Source of the DNA: Paragordius varius
Lineage: Eukaryota; Animalia; Nematomorpha
Length of the DNA stretch: 64,000 bases
NCBI GenBank assembly: GCA_964247055.1
Contig: OZ176052.1
Coordinates: 12,090,001 to 12,154,000, forward strand
Direction of reading: 5' to 3'
The notes under the pieces are model-generated. The model ran no database searches. It saw nothing but the letters and a program-made list of their open reading frames with translations, and was not told the DNA's origin. Positions 1 through 14,111 of the stretch are shown here, one piece after another. Numbering within the stretch: position 1 is the stretch's first letter; each line of letters opens with the position of its first letter. The position numbers and the translations under genes were made by a program.

Positions 1-196
1 TTGGAGATGAATTGGTGGCGGTTATGTAAGGTGGATGAAATGTACTCATTGTGTTCTGTTGAAAAGGGGATGAAACATTTTCTGGGGATAAATTGAAAGT
101 TTGGAAATTTGAATTTTCATCTAACTTAAATGGTACTAAGCAAGTACTGCATTGATCATAGGGTTTTTGGCAAGTTTTGCAAATTATGAAACTCAT
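1..196 (-). CDS. Partial first exon of the orphan proline-rich gene (copy 0, cut by the window edge)
   Basis: Near-identical to 27598-27792 (MSFIICKTCQKPYDQCSTC...). Confidence 0.6.
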   Translation of the reverse strand, partial: MSFIICKTCQKPYDQCSTCLVPFKLDENSNFQTFNLSPENVSSPFQQNTMSTFHPPYITATNSSP

Positions 197-664
197 TAAT
201 GATCAATTAGATCCTTCTACTATTTATTGTAATTTGAAAATATTAATTGCAAAAATATACATTACTGAATAATTATTAGTATCATTGATTGTTAATACTA
301 AACGTAGACATGATGCAATAGGCATATCAATTAAACGTCATTTGGATAAATATTAATGATAAATATCTATATGTAAGGGGCTTTTTATTGTACACATGGT
401 CAAATGTGATGAGATAGCTATTTGCTATGCTCAGCCATTTATTTCCCAAACATTCAAAGTTGTAGCGTTTTTCGTCTGGAAATATAAAATATTATAAAAT
501 ATTAATAAATATAATACATTATGGATTTGAATATAATTATTACCAGGAAATCAATGTATATTGATTCCGGTAATCACATAAAAGTTGTTGGATTATAATA
601 ATTCCTCTTTATGTTAAGTGCCATAAAAACAATTTTTATTTCATTTTAAGGTTATAAGTATGAT

Positions 665-1600
665 TAAATATGGATCAACTTGCACAGCTATGTGTTACCA
701 GGTCTGTATGGTCTAAGCTCTCTCGCATGCCCTAGTGTAATAAAACTAAGGGATGTCCATCATCATCTATAATACCAATATGATTACCATTATGAAATAT
801 AAAAATAAGCTTGCTGCCAATTAGTCGGTGGGTGTCAGAGATATATGGCAATCCAAGAAAGTTGGGCTTAAACTGAAATTAAAAATCTTGAAATGTATGA
901 TTATCCTTGCGTAATATACTGATGCTCGTGGCATACGCACATACATGCTAGGATACAAGTTTTCATAAAAAGATGCCTATGACGCATCACTTGCGATATA
1001 CACACGCCTTTGAAGAGCTCACAACTGTTTACCTCCCATATCCAAAAAATTTTAATCATTTGCATAACACTAACCATTCTTCTAGCTGGCCTGAAGATAA
1101 TGGCACACCAACTCCGGCCTAATTCTAGGACCCCACTGCGAGAGGCCTTAAATGAAAGTTGGGTAATGCACCCTGGAAAAAACGCTTACGATATGGGAGA
1201 ATTGTATTGTTAGTGTAGCGCATGGGAGTAAGCAATGACAGTTAACTCAGTCGGTGGATATCGGAAATGGTAGAGCGGTAAAATCAAGAATGTACTTGTT
1301 GAAAAAAAGATCAAAATATATAAAGACAGGAGACGAAAGGACGCGAGACCAGAAGAAGGAGGGCTAGCCAGGAATGACATCCCCTATACCACGAATATCG
1401 ATCTAATGCAGACGACCACAACTAGTGGCATGTCATATCAGATTTGACTATAACATTGGATAAATGATACATTGATACACTAATCGTAGAATAAACAACT
1501 ACTTGTCGCCATTAAGAGGTAATGGTATAGAATTTAGGGTATATACTTAATGTGCTGTAGGATATCAAGTTAGGATATAAAAATAAATATAACCCAATAA
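665..1600 (+). mobile_element. Highly degenerate non-LTR retrotransposon (LINE) 3' fragment, unit 1
   Basis: Frame-broken remnants of non-LTR RT and its C-terminal region: KVGLKLKLKILKCMII (GLKIN..KTK.M-like), YMLGYKFS, ...TP...KLG..PW..RLRYGRIVL..RM. Followed by AATAAA. The unit 3 copy reads VLPQVGMI*ALSP (GVPQGSILSP-like). Confidence 0.45.
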
Positions 1601-1783
1601 TTTATTCTTTCCCACAAAATTGCAATAACAATTCATGCATACCTTATATTTTTAACGTATCATCATATCCCTCAAGGTAAACCCAACGAGACGATAAAGT
1701 GAAAAATGAAGGCTTAAAAAATATTAAGTTTTTTATAAAAAATCTATACATTTCGTGCAATATCTTTATTATTTTAACTAATG

Positions 1784-2895
1784 CACCAAATGTAAATAAT
1801 ACCAGTTTAACTAATATAAGAAGACAAAATAGTACTCAACCGATTAATTTGACACCGCCATTTGACTCATCAGACATCAGACGACACAGACAAAGAAGTT
1901 GATCCTGTCAAAAGCGAGCTCTCATGTGCCTAAAAAACGAATACGGGATGCACTGCTTTTCTTATACATCAGAAGAAAAAGAATGTTAAAAGTCATTGTT
2001 TGCTCATAAAAAAATATGGTGTACATGCTCCATCGATTCAATTGTGTGGTTTAAATATTTAAATGATTTATATGAAAGAGAGTGGGCACTCTGGCAGACC
2101 ACACGGCCGAGACGAAGTGCAAGACTAATTGGATGATGATTCAACTCAAACTCATTTTATGAGTGTATAACAACCAGTCGATGTATACAAAATGAGAAGG
2201 ACTCAGTAAATACTGATTAGACAATTCGCATGGCAATTATAAAATCACCAATCTACTTGAGAAATCCTGCTTCTATGCCACAAAAGCATATCATTCTGCA
2301 TGGATTATAAGATGGTGAGCAGGGTTTGTAAATTGAGAGAGAAATGGCTTCTATGTTGACAACTGGTCCATCAACATCAAAATAAAACACTTCGGTAAAA
2401 CCATGAATGTGTCTGGTGGACCAAAGCGCTGTTGTGCATTATGAGCTTAAGAAGCCCGAAACCATTAATACAAAATTCAATCTGCAGAAAATGATTAATT
2501 AAATTAATGCATTAAGGAAAACGACCAAAATGGGCTCGAAGACAGGACGATAAATTTTGCCACATAACAATGCGTCCCACACGGCAAAACCAATAAAAGA
2601 CACCTTATAATCGCTTCGAGAAAATACTTTTGCATCCGCTAAACTCTCCTGACCTGGCTATCACTATTCCCTACTCGCATCATGGTATATGCTTGCAGAG
2701 AGCAGCTTAATAATTTGGAAAACGTTTGAAAATGGCTTGACAGATGGTTTACCAAAAAACATTTAGTTTCCAATCATGGCATTCATAACTTAAGAGTTGG
2801 AGGAATTTTTATAAGGAGAATATCTCGAATAAAATAAATAATTGATTTCCTCAATTACGTTTTTTAGCAAAAAGCCGTATTACCTTAGACTACAC
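1784..2895 (+). mobile_element. Mariner (Mos1-like) transposase fossil, unit 1
   Basis: Broken-frame motifs GKTM.CVWWDQSAVVHYEL, HNNASHTAKPIKDTL, HPLNSPDLA (YSPDL motif) and KWLDRWF..K..F..HGIHNL. Degenerate TIRs (CACCARATGTA / TACACCTGGTA) and a length of about 1.1 kb. Confidence 0.85.
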
Positions 2896-2928
2896 ATCAA
2901 CGCTTGTGCTAAGGAAAATAATCTAGAG

Positions 2929-4544
2929 CAGGGCTTCTTAAACTATGGATCGCGACCCCATTTGGAGTCGCGAGTGATAAGAATAGAGTTAAACAAAAAA
3001 TGTTTTTAACTTGTAAAATTTTTATAAAGGAAAATAACAATCATCGTAGATAAATATATCAAAAATTTTCTGGTTCTGAAAGACTATTTATACCAGCGTT
3101 TCTATTCCAATCATTACAATCTATATATTTATAAAAATGGAAAATGTTGGCTTTGAGATCTGCTTCCGGAAAACCGGTAAACCCATTTAAATCCAAATGT
3201 CAAAAAATATAATCATCAATGAATGCCTAGACAATAGCTTTCCCCTTTTTTGATATAGGCTCCGAGTTCGGACCCACACCCTGTGAAAAACGGTTTTTTG
3301 AAAACAGAACAATCGTCTCTTTGAGACATATATACGGAAAACGTTTTGGACCATTCGATTTCAAATATGAAAATTATTACTTTTTTTCGATTGCGCCGAA
3401 CCTAGTCGGCTTACTTTTTTAATTTAGGCCTTCTTTTTACCCGTTCCCCCCGTAAAATGCCATTTTTTAAAAAAAGTAAATTTTTCGCCCAGGATATGAG
3501 ACCGTTGAAATTCACTGAGGATTCGAGTTATTCTCTGTTAAAAGCAAAAATTATAATCTTGCGTTTTTTAATATTGGCTGCTGGGTAAACGGATAGCCGC
3601 TAAAACTGCGCCACTATAAAGAAATTGAGTTTTTTGAAGCTTATTTACAGAAAGTTCATGAAGCCATATGAGCTCATTAAAAGCTTGAAATATTACCCTT
3701 AACTAGGTAAAAATTAAGGTTTTTTTATTACCGTTAATTTGGGGCCTTTATGCCCTAAAACGCCATCACATAACAATTATTTAGTGTTGAGGTATTTTTT
3801 CGAATAACCCATGAAACGATGGTATCAAAGATGATTCCAAATATTTCCTATAAAGGCAAAGAATTTAACTCAGCGCTTTTTCAATAGAGGTCTATGGGTA
3901 GGGGTCTACCGGTTTAAAACTGAGACGCCATATAAGATAGGTGTAATTTCGGAGCTAATTTTCGAAAAACTTAAGAAGCCATACGAGTTGATTTAACACA
4001 TTTCCTGGGAATTTGTATAATATCTTCTTTTCTTCAAACAGGGGCCACAAATGATTTACTTTTTATATCCCTTGATCCCAGTTGTATAAACACAATTTCA
4101 AAATTAAAACTTTTAACCATGATTTCTTAAACCAAAAATCTTAAAATAAATCCAATGATAGTTGAATATTAACTTTAATAAGGGACGGATTAAATATGGT
4201 CAATTTTGACTACACAATATTTTAGCCTATGCAAACCCCGTAAAAGAATAATTAAAGACGTTCTTTTTATTAAATATGTTTATTATTATTTTTTATCTCA
4301 ATTAACTCTATTTTTGCAAATTATTTAGAATAACTATCGGTGAGACTATGCCACACCGAAGCGTGACAGGAGCTATTATCTTTTATAAATTCACGAATCA
4401 AAAAATGTCATAGAAATTTATAAAAAATGTAGATTTATTTTTGTCAATCTCTCAAAACCGAAATTTCTTTCATATTTGTTGGGGTCGTTGAGAAACTCGC
4501 AATCATAAATGGGGTGGGTAACTACAAAAGTTTAAGAAGCCCTG
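2929..4544. mobile_element. Non-autonomous hAT (Charlie/Buster-type) element containing a Helitron-like insert, copy 1
   Basis: 16-bp TIR CAGGGCTTCTTAAACT / AGTTTAAGAAGCCCTG. Flanks ATCTAGAG / ATCTAAGA resemble the NTCTAGAN-type 8-bp TSD. Empty sites are seen at ~15262 and ~48820. Confidence 0.9.
3120..4376 (+). mobile_element. Non-autonomous Helitron-like element inside hAT copy 1
   Basis: 5' A|TCTATATATTTATAAAAATG; 3' GC-rich hairpin (..CACCGAAGCG..) followed by CTAT|T, which is CTAG|T in the other two copies; no TSD. Confidence 0.75.
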
Positions 4545-4989
4545 ATCTAAGAATTAATTTTTTTAAATCTCTAAAATAATTTTAAATTTTAAACATTTTT
4601 TAAACAAACGGGTTTAATGAAAATTTCACATAATATATAACATTTTCATGTTAAATATACATAATTGCAAAATTTAACAATAAGAAATTTAAAAAATATA
4701 CCACACAGTCTAAAAAACATTTTCAATGAATGAAAATGTTTTCTTAATTGAAACAATTACCCAGTCAATCTATACGATTATCCAGTATTTCGAAACATTT
4801 TCCCATTCAGTAAAAACATTTTTGCAATCAATAAGGGTTTGGTTTTGATAATAAATATTAAAACAAGTTTTAACCATAACCTTGTGCATATAGTTGGGTT
4901 TATCGGTATAACCACGTTAATATTTTCTGGACAAAAAAGCTAAATTTATTCAAGAAGTAATCAATAGAAGCGTTTGTAACACAATAGAT

Positions 4990-5600
4990 CAGATCATATT
5001 TAATCATATTGAACAATAATCGCATTCCTCCAAAGTCGTCTTCCTTGGCAAATATATTTCGACCTTACATGCTGTTGGCTTTTGATGTAAAATATTGGGA
5101 CTTAATATTAATAATGACATACGAGGAAAGAATGGCTAAATACGCGAGCAAAAAAATGAGCCTTCTAGTCGTTAAAGATGAAAAAGCCTGCACGATTTTT
5201 AAAAATCGTCCAAAGACGCGATATATTGGGAATCTTTTTATGACACCTTTGGGCCTAAATTCAGGGGCTAATTTAAAAAGCTTGGATATCAACGCAATAA
5301 TGAGAAAAATTCATTTATATATAAATAGGCGTCCACGTTTTCCAGAAAATTGATTCAATGCCTCTCACTGGGATCTATTCAATATTATTCTTTCAAAGCA
5401 TTTTATACTGTGATAAAATTACTAAAATACAGGTTATTCGATTTCTTAGGGTTTTGAACATCTTTTTACCTACGATCCCCAATCAATATACGTTAAAAAA
5501 ATATTTTAGTTTCGACAGATAATATCGATGGTTAAAACCTAAAATTAAAGACGCTTTTATCAGTTACCCCAGTTAGAGCAAAATCGAATAGTACTAATAA
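4990..5600 (+). pseudogene. Unidentified degenerate coding-like segment (second copy ~17350-17975)
   Basis: ORF 5009-5353 and ORFs 17615-17973 are homologous but broken at different positions. No family recognised. Confidence 0.3.
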
Positions 5601-6149
5601 TGATTATTATTGAAATCGCATTAATGAGTTTTAGATAAATCAGGTTTTATTCTGCTAACCATTTTCTTTTTAAATCCTTCTCTTGTTTAGAAAAAAATTG
5701 TTTTATCAAATTTTTATCTGCACAATCAAAAAATGATTTTGAATAACTCAAATAGTCGGGTTAAAAATTACTTAGTTTGCAAATATAAAGAAAAAACCTA
5801 CAATTGCGCATATCAAATAGCTTTTATGGTCAAATAAAATTAATAAAAAGATATATTTTGACGCATAATATAACACATTTCAACGGTTAAGTCAAACTAT
5901 AACTCATTTTCATAAGTTGAAAACCATTATAATATAATCATGGCTACATTGATCAAATAAAAAAAGCAATAAGCATTTCTAAAAACTCTTAACCATGGCT
6001 AAAACGCTTATTAAAAAACGCTCTCCACAAAACTTCTTACTTTTTGATAAATGTTTTAAAATTATAGGTTCTCCGAAAAGACACCCAACAACACCAACAA
6101 AAGAAGTCACCAATTTTTTCATTCAAATTTAACTTTTTTCTATCTTTAG

Positions 6150-7680
6150 GTTGCAAAAATAATAAGATAGTCAAACCCCGTATACTAATTTATCAAAACA
6201 CCCGTTAACCAGGGATGATAATCCATGTGGAATACAATCAAAACTAAAGAATGATGAGAAAGTTACATTCAAAAGTGAAGTTGAAAATATTTTTAATAGC
6301 ATTAACTGTATTTGGTTTAATCTAATATAATTTTCTAATACTTACAGAGATAGCGGAAATAATAACGATATCATTCAAAAGGAATAGGATATACGAGAAA
6401 AAAGTTTCAAAAATTCAAAAATTAAAACGACTCTGCAAATTGTTGCAGGAAAAGAATAATAATTTAGAGAAATAAATCAGCTCGAATTCACGCTGTTCAT
6501 TAGCACATTATAAAAATATAAATGCATTCAAAAACGAGCCTCAAAATACCAAATTAGACGTTAAAAAGACGAAGTCCTGCCTTTGTTTCACAGTTATGAA
6601 AATGACACCCCTCAAGCCTATTACATAAATGAAAATGTATTGGAAAACGAGTACGAAAGTACGAAATTAGATTTGGACGTTGAAAAAGACGAGGCCTTCC
6701 CTTTGAATATTGTTAATAAAAATGAGACAAATATATATTTTAATTTGGAAACATCAGATAACGCATATCAAGTTAAGGAAAATGAATCATCCCAAACAAA
6801 TTGTAAAAAATATCTTGGTGGCTATAAAGAATTCGGAGATCAACCAGTAGTATAGCTATAAAAGAGAAAAAAGCAATACATGTTATGCCAACAGTATAAT
6901 ACAAGCCCTTTACTTTATCCCTGATTTCCAAGATGTTAACCAATCAGAAAACCAATTAGAAACAATTCTAAAAAACATATTCAATTTGAACGAGCATCAT
7001 GACGTCGATGTTCCCGATTTGTTGAAGTCATTAATCTGTAAATTTGTTTTATTATATATAGATTGGAACCATAAAATAAATAAAAGCGCCATGGAGAATT
7101 GTAACTCAATTTGATAAACTCCCTTTCTGAAAAGAATGTTTCCGTTAGAAAATTATTTCCACCTTTAAATTAACAAGTAAAAGATTATTAATTAGTAGTG
7201 ATGCTGTTATTGCGATAACGTGTCATACAAATTGGGGGTATTGGGTTAAGTCTACCGATTGGCAACTATCTATCAGTTTCCGATTGCATAACTTCCTATT
7301 GTGAACCCGAACTATTGGAAGATTTTAGCTGCTCAAAGTAATATATTTTATCTAAATAAAGTTGCTCCAATGTGGGAACTGTCACCAGACAAACGGAATT
7401 GTATGAAGTGTCCACGATACTCATTATTCATTTAAGGTTTGACATCAAGGGAAAAAGAGTCAATAAATCCGTTAAAAATAATTTATTTAATATCCCAGCC
7501 CTGGGCTCTGGATTTTCTGCCAATTTAATTGGAATTTCGTCACACGATGGAAGATTGTCCAATATAGGCCATTTTGTCGTGTATTGCTTACGTGATAAAT
7601 GGTTGACGATATAAAGTTAAAAAATAGAACAAGTAAAGAAGTGTGTAAAGTTAAATCCTATGTGCTCTTCTATAAATATT
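6150..7680 (+). pseudogene. Ubiquitin-specific protease (USP, peptidase C19) pseudogene, unit 1
   Basis: Partly deleted Cys box (..NTCYANSIIQAL), IHLRFD, and His box GISSHDGRLSNIGHFVVY. Multiple frameshifts and stops. Confidence 0.85.
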
Positions 7681-9549
7681 TAGAATTTCGTGACCAATGT
7701 GCAGAAAGGAGTAGGAGTAAAGTTGGGCTTCTTTGATACGACTTCCCTCTTGTTAAATCATGCAACACAAAACATTAAAGGTTAATTGCTATTGTTATAT
7801 CATATAGGTATAACAAGGTTTATTTTCCGATGGGTTAACGGGAGCAATGATATCAGTGCAAATTGAGCCAATTCAATGCCATACTTTTCAAAGCCAGCCT
7901 GGGAAATTTCCGAAAGCACGAAGAAAAACAAAATATATACTATGTTTATATAAATATATATATATATATATGTATCAGACTCTGTTGTTTGTTATGCAAT
8001 AAATGGTAGTTTTTGTGATTTTTATATGAATTTAAACTCTGCATTGTTTTTATGATCAATGGTTAATTATTTCCACAAAAAAAGTCTTCGACATCATTTT
8101 CCTAAAATATGATGACATCTTTACTGTATTGATAGTGACTTTTTTGAATAATTTTAAAAATATCTGGCCAGAATTTTCTAGAAGATAAAGTGTATTGATT
8201 TCTGACACAATTTATAAGCTATGTAATATTTATATATGCTTTAACTATCAATCCAACTAATGTTTTAAACCAAAAAATTATAAAATTTCCATAAAAAATT
8301 AATTTAAATTCGCTATCATATAAGATAAGGTCAGATCTTGCACAATTTATTTCTAGGTCTCTAATTCTTATCCATTTTATTTCGACTCTAGAAGTTGTAA
8401 TGGCTCTTATATGTTTTTAAATTTTATTGATTCATATATATGGATAAATCGCTTATTTTGCACAGTGCTTGATTGTTTTGTTTTTCGAAATCACTAGGAT
8501 ATGCTTAATGCTAATGTTATAAGGATGCAAATAAGCATATTTAAATATAAATTATTTTATATATTTAAATATTTAATTTATATTTTGTAAAAAATATATT
8601 TAAAAATAATAAAATTTTACTATACTTCCAAAAAAATTACTAGCAATTTTTCTAAAAACAGATGCTTTTTTTAATGACCATGCTCAAAAAATTAATAGTC
8701 ACTGACCTGGTCATGACTTGTTAAGCACAACCCTATACATAACAATTAATTGACGAGTTTTCTCGGTTGTATTTAATTTTCGACCAGATATGCTAGTAGA
8801 ATGCGATTTTTTAATTTTGCATTTATTCTTGATATTTCTGAAGCATATGGCTTTTAAATTATCATCTTTTTCGCATAGTGTTATAAATACGAACAGTAAT
8901 ATTAGATGGTAAATTTTCTTGATTGTATGATGCGTGTGAATCAAAATTTTCCTAAAATAAAACTCAAATGAGTTGGGTTTTGTTCACCTATAAGCTCCCA
9001 AAGCGCTGTTGTAATTGACACTTATCCGGTTTTTTTTTGAAAATTTTTTAAAATTATATGTGTTGGATAAAAACATTCCTGATTTGTATTATTTTAATAT
9101 ATTAATTTAATTTAAACATAATATGATTTTTTATGCATATCTGGTATTTCATATTTATACATCTCAACTTTTATACCACGCAATCAAGTTTAAAACAATA
9201 CCTTCTTAAGGAATGTTTAGAATTATCTTTGGGTGAAATTTGATGGTTAATCTGAAATAATATTATTTGTTGTTGTTTAAATTGAAAATTAAAATTAATG
9301 TTAAGTCAAATTTATTTATAGCGCAATTCAATAGCTTAACACATCTTCAAAGTTAGAATTGTTGGTCAATATATTTTATACAATCATTCATATTAATATT
9401 ATTATTTCGTTATTTTTATTTTGCATTTATTAATTTGCGCATAGCATATAAACATTATATTAGTTTTTATATATTTTTTAATATTTAGTTTAATAGGTAT
9501 TGGGTTTTACGATAATTATTTTTTTAATATTTCCCATGCCCATGCCTAT

Positions 9550-12406
9550 TCATTTGGCAGGGGCAAAGCCATTGTTCCTATTTTTTGGAACTGAGGTTGG
9601 TTCTGCACTGCAACAATTCCAACAATTTGTCTCGTTATTTATTTGAGTTGCTGCATTCGGGGTGGGTGAACGGTGACTTGGTGGTACTTGAGCAAATCTT
9701 GGGTTATTGATGTTTGAGGGCGGTGGTGCAAAGTTTGGCGGTAACGGCATTGGTGGTTTAAGGGGTCTTGGCGGTGGTGGCTTTTGAAATTCAGTAGATG
9801 GAGAAAAAGCGGGAACTACAAATGGGTTATTAATGTATGCGGGCGGACCTTGTGCATAATTTGGCGGTAGCGGCATTGGTGGTTTCAACGGTCTTGAAGG
9901 CGGTGGCGGATTTTGAAGACCAGTAGATGGGGAAAAAGCGGGAGCTCTAAATCTCGGCTGAAACAACGGCGGTCTAAACATTAAACCTTGACGGGGTGGA
10001 AGGAAAGGCGGTGTTGTATTAATTGGTGTGGCGGAAGTAGACGGTTTACTTATTAATGAACCTTGACGAGGGGGAAGTGGTGGCGGTGGGGTATGTGTTA
10101 ATGTAGATGAATCTGTAAAATCACTCTCACTTTCAACCGTTAGAAGCTTGTTCATTCCCTTCTTACAATTTTGATAGGGGGTGGAAGAAGATTCACTACT
10201 AGTTGCAAAGAATATAGGTTTATCTTCTTTTGAGGAAATGTTTTTCTCCCTTTGCTTTTTACTTCCATTCTTGGGTTTATCGGCATCAGCGGTCTTAGAT
10301 GGCCTTCGTTCTTTAAAGGAACAAAAATGATTTTTAAACGATTATTATCAACAAATGTCCATAAATATAAAACTTTTCATTCTTATCATTATTTTCAAAA
10401 TATAAGAGGCATATAATTGTTTACCTTAAACCCATATAACTACCTTAAAATTTTAAGGAACAACAATAATATGTTTTATAAATTATCATTTCTCAGCTCA
10501 AATAGTTTAAGTTTCACTAAGAATTATCTATCATTCATTTGGTTTTTCCTAAGAAAAAAACAATTTCTAAAAAATAATATATTTGTATATATTATGTAAC
10601 TTTTATTTTTGGGTTTTGAAGTGAGATCAGAGAGGGAATCCACATTTAGTCCTGTATGTTTTTTCAACAATCTCTTGGCGATTTGTTTTTCAATATTGCG
10701 TTCTCTACACCGTTCATTATTAAATGTCTCATATATAGATTGCAAGTTTTGCGAAACTTGTTGAGAATATTCCGCTAGCTGTTGGCAAATTTGGGCTTCT
10801 TGGCGTAAAACCTCCTCAAAATTAAGCGACGTCAATTTACCTTTTCTATTTTGTGTAAATATGGCGGTTCCTTGTAATATACATGGGCCAGGTTTTGTCT
10901 GTTGCCAAGGCTCAAATTTACTGGGTCTGTAGATTGTCCAACTGTCATTCGGCTTATATTTAATTGGCGGTTTCTCCTCCTTTTGTCCCTCTATGTATTC
11001 TTCATCTTCATTTCTGCATTCGTACGGATATTTGTTGGGTGAATTAATTGTTGATTCATTACTGCCATCTTGCACATAATTATCAAGCCACATACCGAGT
11101 AATGTCTGTATAGAAAAAAAGGGGAATGTTTGTTGCAACTTACTGATTTCTGGAGTATACGACAATAACCCTGTATCTAAATTGCTTTCATTTCTTATTT
11201 CGTTAAAGGCAGTATTTGAAGTAATTGGCGATGGTATCTGGTAAGTAATATTTTTAGTAGTATTAGCGTAATGCGAATATGTGCATCGTTAAAATAAAAA
11301 ATTTGGGCTTATGTTAGCATATACGTTATATGATTTATAGGGTTTCGGAATCGATAACCAAATCGTTACGGCTAACAAATCATTTTTGCTTCTTGTTTCC
11401 TTTATTAAAACGGTATTATAAGTATATGGATTCTCTCTAACAATTTTTAATCTTGTTAGCATTAGGGTATTTTACGGATATTTTAATTTTTTTAAAGGTT
11501 TGCAACCCTAACCCCATAAATCATACGTTAATGTAAACATAGCCCAAGTTTCTGCAAAACTTTTATATAAATATTTTTGAATAAAAAACATTTATGACGG
11601 TTTCCGTTCTGTAATTTTAGCTGTGCAAGTTTCAACGACTCCTGGATGCGGTTTTAATATTTTATAATGCTTATAGAAACTACTGCAATTAAAGGATTTT
11701 TTTTCGAAGCACGAAATATACAGTTTATTTATTTTACAGCTGTTTGTAGAGTATCTCTATTATAAATGTCAACTGCTAAAACTATCGAGCTTACCAATAA
11801 ATATGCAAATCAATGCACCAATATTTTATTTAAAATCTAAAATTATGGATCAATAAATTAAAAAATTATCATTGAAGTTAGTGAGCCAATATTGTTAGTG
11901 TGGTCTCTTTAAATCGACAAACAATACTACACAAAATTGCTTTTAATAATTTACCATCAAAAACCGACGAAAATTTTTAGACAGAGAAAGTAGTTTTTTA
12001 TATTACCCATCAATATATTATTCAATTATTCGTTTGAAATATAAGTCCCCAATTATTTTTGCAACGAAAAGGATTTACATACCGGAGTGACGTTTGTAAA
12101 TAGGCCAGTTTTAGAATCTAAATAATTCACCATGTGAGCTTTGGTGTCTGGAATCGTTTTAGGTGATCCATTGTTAATTGTATTACTTGTATCTTGATAG
12201 TTGTTGGTTGGAGATGAATTGGTGGCGGTGGAGAGGGGTGGATGAAATGTACTCATTGTATTTGGTTGAAAAGGGGATGAAACATTTTCTGGGGATAAAT
12301 TGAAAGTTTGGAAATTTGAATTTTTTTCATCCAACATAAATGGTACTAGGCAAGTACTACAATGATCATAGGGTTTTTGGCAAGTTTTGCAGATTATAAA
12401 ACTCAT
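9550..12406 (-). CDS. Orphan multi-exon gene with a proline-rich C-terminal exon, copy 1 (middle exons possibly disrupted)
   Basis: ORFs 12053-12406, 10524-11165 and 9550-10155 are exons. Exon 1 ends at a GTATGT donor (12082). Intron 10600-10311 joins a phase-1 donor to a phase-1 acceptor in frame (..KPKNK-KRRPSKTADAD..GMNKLL). Confidence 0.65.
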
Positions 12407-12984
12407 TAATGATCAATTAGATCCTTCTACTATTTATTGTAATTTGAAAATATTAATTGCAAAAATATACATTACTGAATAATTATAAGTATCATTGATT
12501 GTTAATACTAAACGTAGACATGATGCAATAGGCATATCAATTAAACGTCATTTGGATAAATAGAATTAATGATAAATATCTATATGTAAGGGGCTTTTTA
12601 TTGTACATAATATTCTGGTCAAATGTGATGAGATAGCTATTTGCTATGCTCAGCCATCCATTTCCCCAACATTCAAAGTTGTAGAGTTTTTCGTCTGGAA
12701 ATATAAAATATTATAAAATATTAATAAATATAATACATTGAGGATTTGAATATAATTATTACCAGGAAATCAGTGTATATTGATTCCGGTAATCACATAA
12801 AAGTTGTGGGAATCATAATAATTCCTCTTTAAGTTATATGCCATAAAAACAGTTTTTATTTTGTTTTAAGGTTATAAGTGTGATTAAATATGGATCAAAT
12901 GTTTGTTATCTCTATAGATAACATGGAATGCCTAAATTGCGATATTTAGATAAGATCAAAAAAATACCGCACATTCGATCCATC

Positions 12985-13920
12985 AACTTGCACAGCTATG
13001 TGATACCAGATCGGTATGGTCTAAGCTCTCTCACATGCCCTAGTGTAATCAAACTAAGGGATGTGCATCATCATCTATATCAATATGATTACCATTATGA
13101 AATATAAAAATAAGCTTGCTGCCAATTAGTCGGTGGGTGTTAGAGATATATGGCAATCCAAGAAAGTTGGGCTTAAACTGAAATTAAAAATCTTGAAATG
13201 TATAATTATCCTTGCGTAATATACTGATGCTCGTGGCATACGCACATACATGGTAGGATACAAGTTTTCATAAAAAGATGCCTACGACGCATCACTTGCG
13301 ATATACACACGCCTTTGAAGAGCTCACAACTGTTTACCTCCCATATCCAAAAAATTTTAATCCTTTGCATAACACTAACCATTCTTCTAGCTGGCCTGAA
13401 GATAATGGCACACCAACTCCGGCCTAATTCTAGGACCCCACTGCGAGAGGCCTTAAATGAAAGTTGGGTAATGCACCCTGGAAAAAATGCTTACGATATG
13501 GGAGAATTGTATTGTTAGTGTAGCGCATGGGAGTAAGCAATGACAGTTAACTCAGTCGGTGGATATTGGAAATGGTAGAGCGGTAAAATCAAGAACGTAC
13601 TTGTTGAAAAATAGATCAAAATATATAAAGACAGGAGACAAAAGGACGCGAGACCAGAAGAAGGAGGGCTAGCCAGAAATGACATCCCCTATACCACGAA
13701 TATCGATCTAATGCAGACGACCACAACTATTGGCATGTCATATCAGATTTGACTATAACATTGGAGAAATGTACATTGATACACTAATCGTAGAATAAAC
13801 AACTACTTGTCGCCATTAAGAGGTAATGGTATAGAATTTAGGGTATAAAATATATACGACTAACTCTATATACTTAATGTGCTGTAGGATATCAAGTTAG
13901 GATATAAAAATAAATGTAAC
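12985..13920 (+). mobile_element. Degenerate LINE fragment, unit 2
   Basis: Collinear near-copy of 665-1600. Confidence 0.45.
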
Positions 13921-14111
13921 CCAATAATTTACTCTTTACCACAAAATTGCAATAACAATTTATACATACCTTATATTTTTAACGTATCATTATATCACTA
14001 GAAGTAAGCCCAATTAACCCGAGACGATATAATGAAAAATGAAGGTTTAAAAAATATTAAGTTTTTATAAAAAATATAGACATTTCGTGCAATATCTTTA
14101 TTATTCTACTG

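Noticed and set aside
8697-8719. Near-palindrome AGTCACTGACCTGGTCATGACT as a nuclear-receptor element (also ~23969)
   Set aside because: The half-sites are imperfect, and conservation is explained by the segmental duplication alone.
11498-11516. CAACCCTAACCCC as an interstitial telomere seed
   Set aside because: Fewer than two full repeats, and it lies at a splice-donor region of the orphan gene.
197-12406. Whole repeat unit as one giant transposon or endogenous virus (Polinton, Helitron)
   Set aside because: No unit-bounding TIRs, TSDs, polymerase, Rep/helicase or capsid were found, and the genes carry host-type introns.
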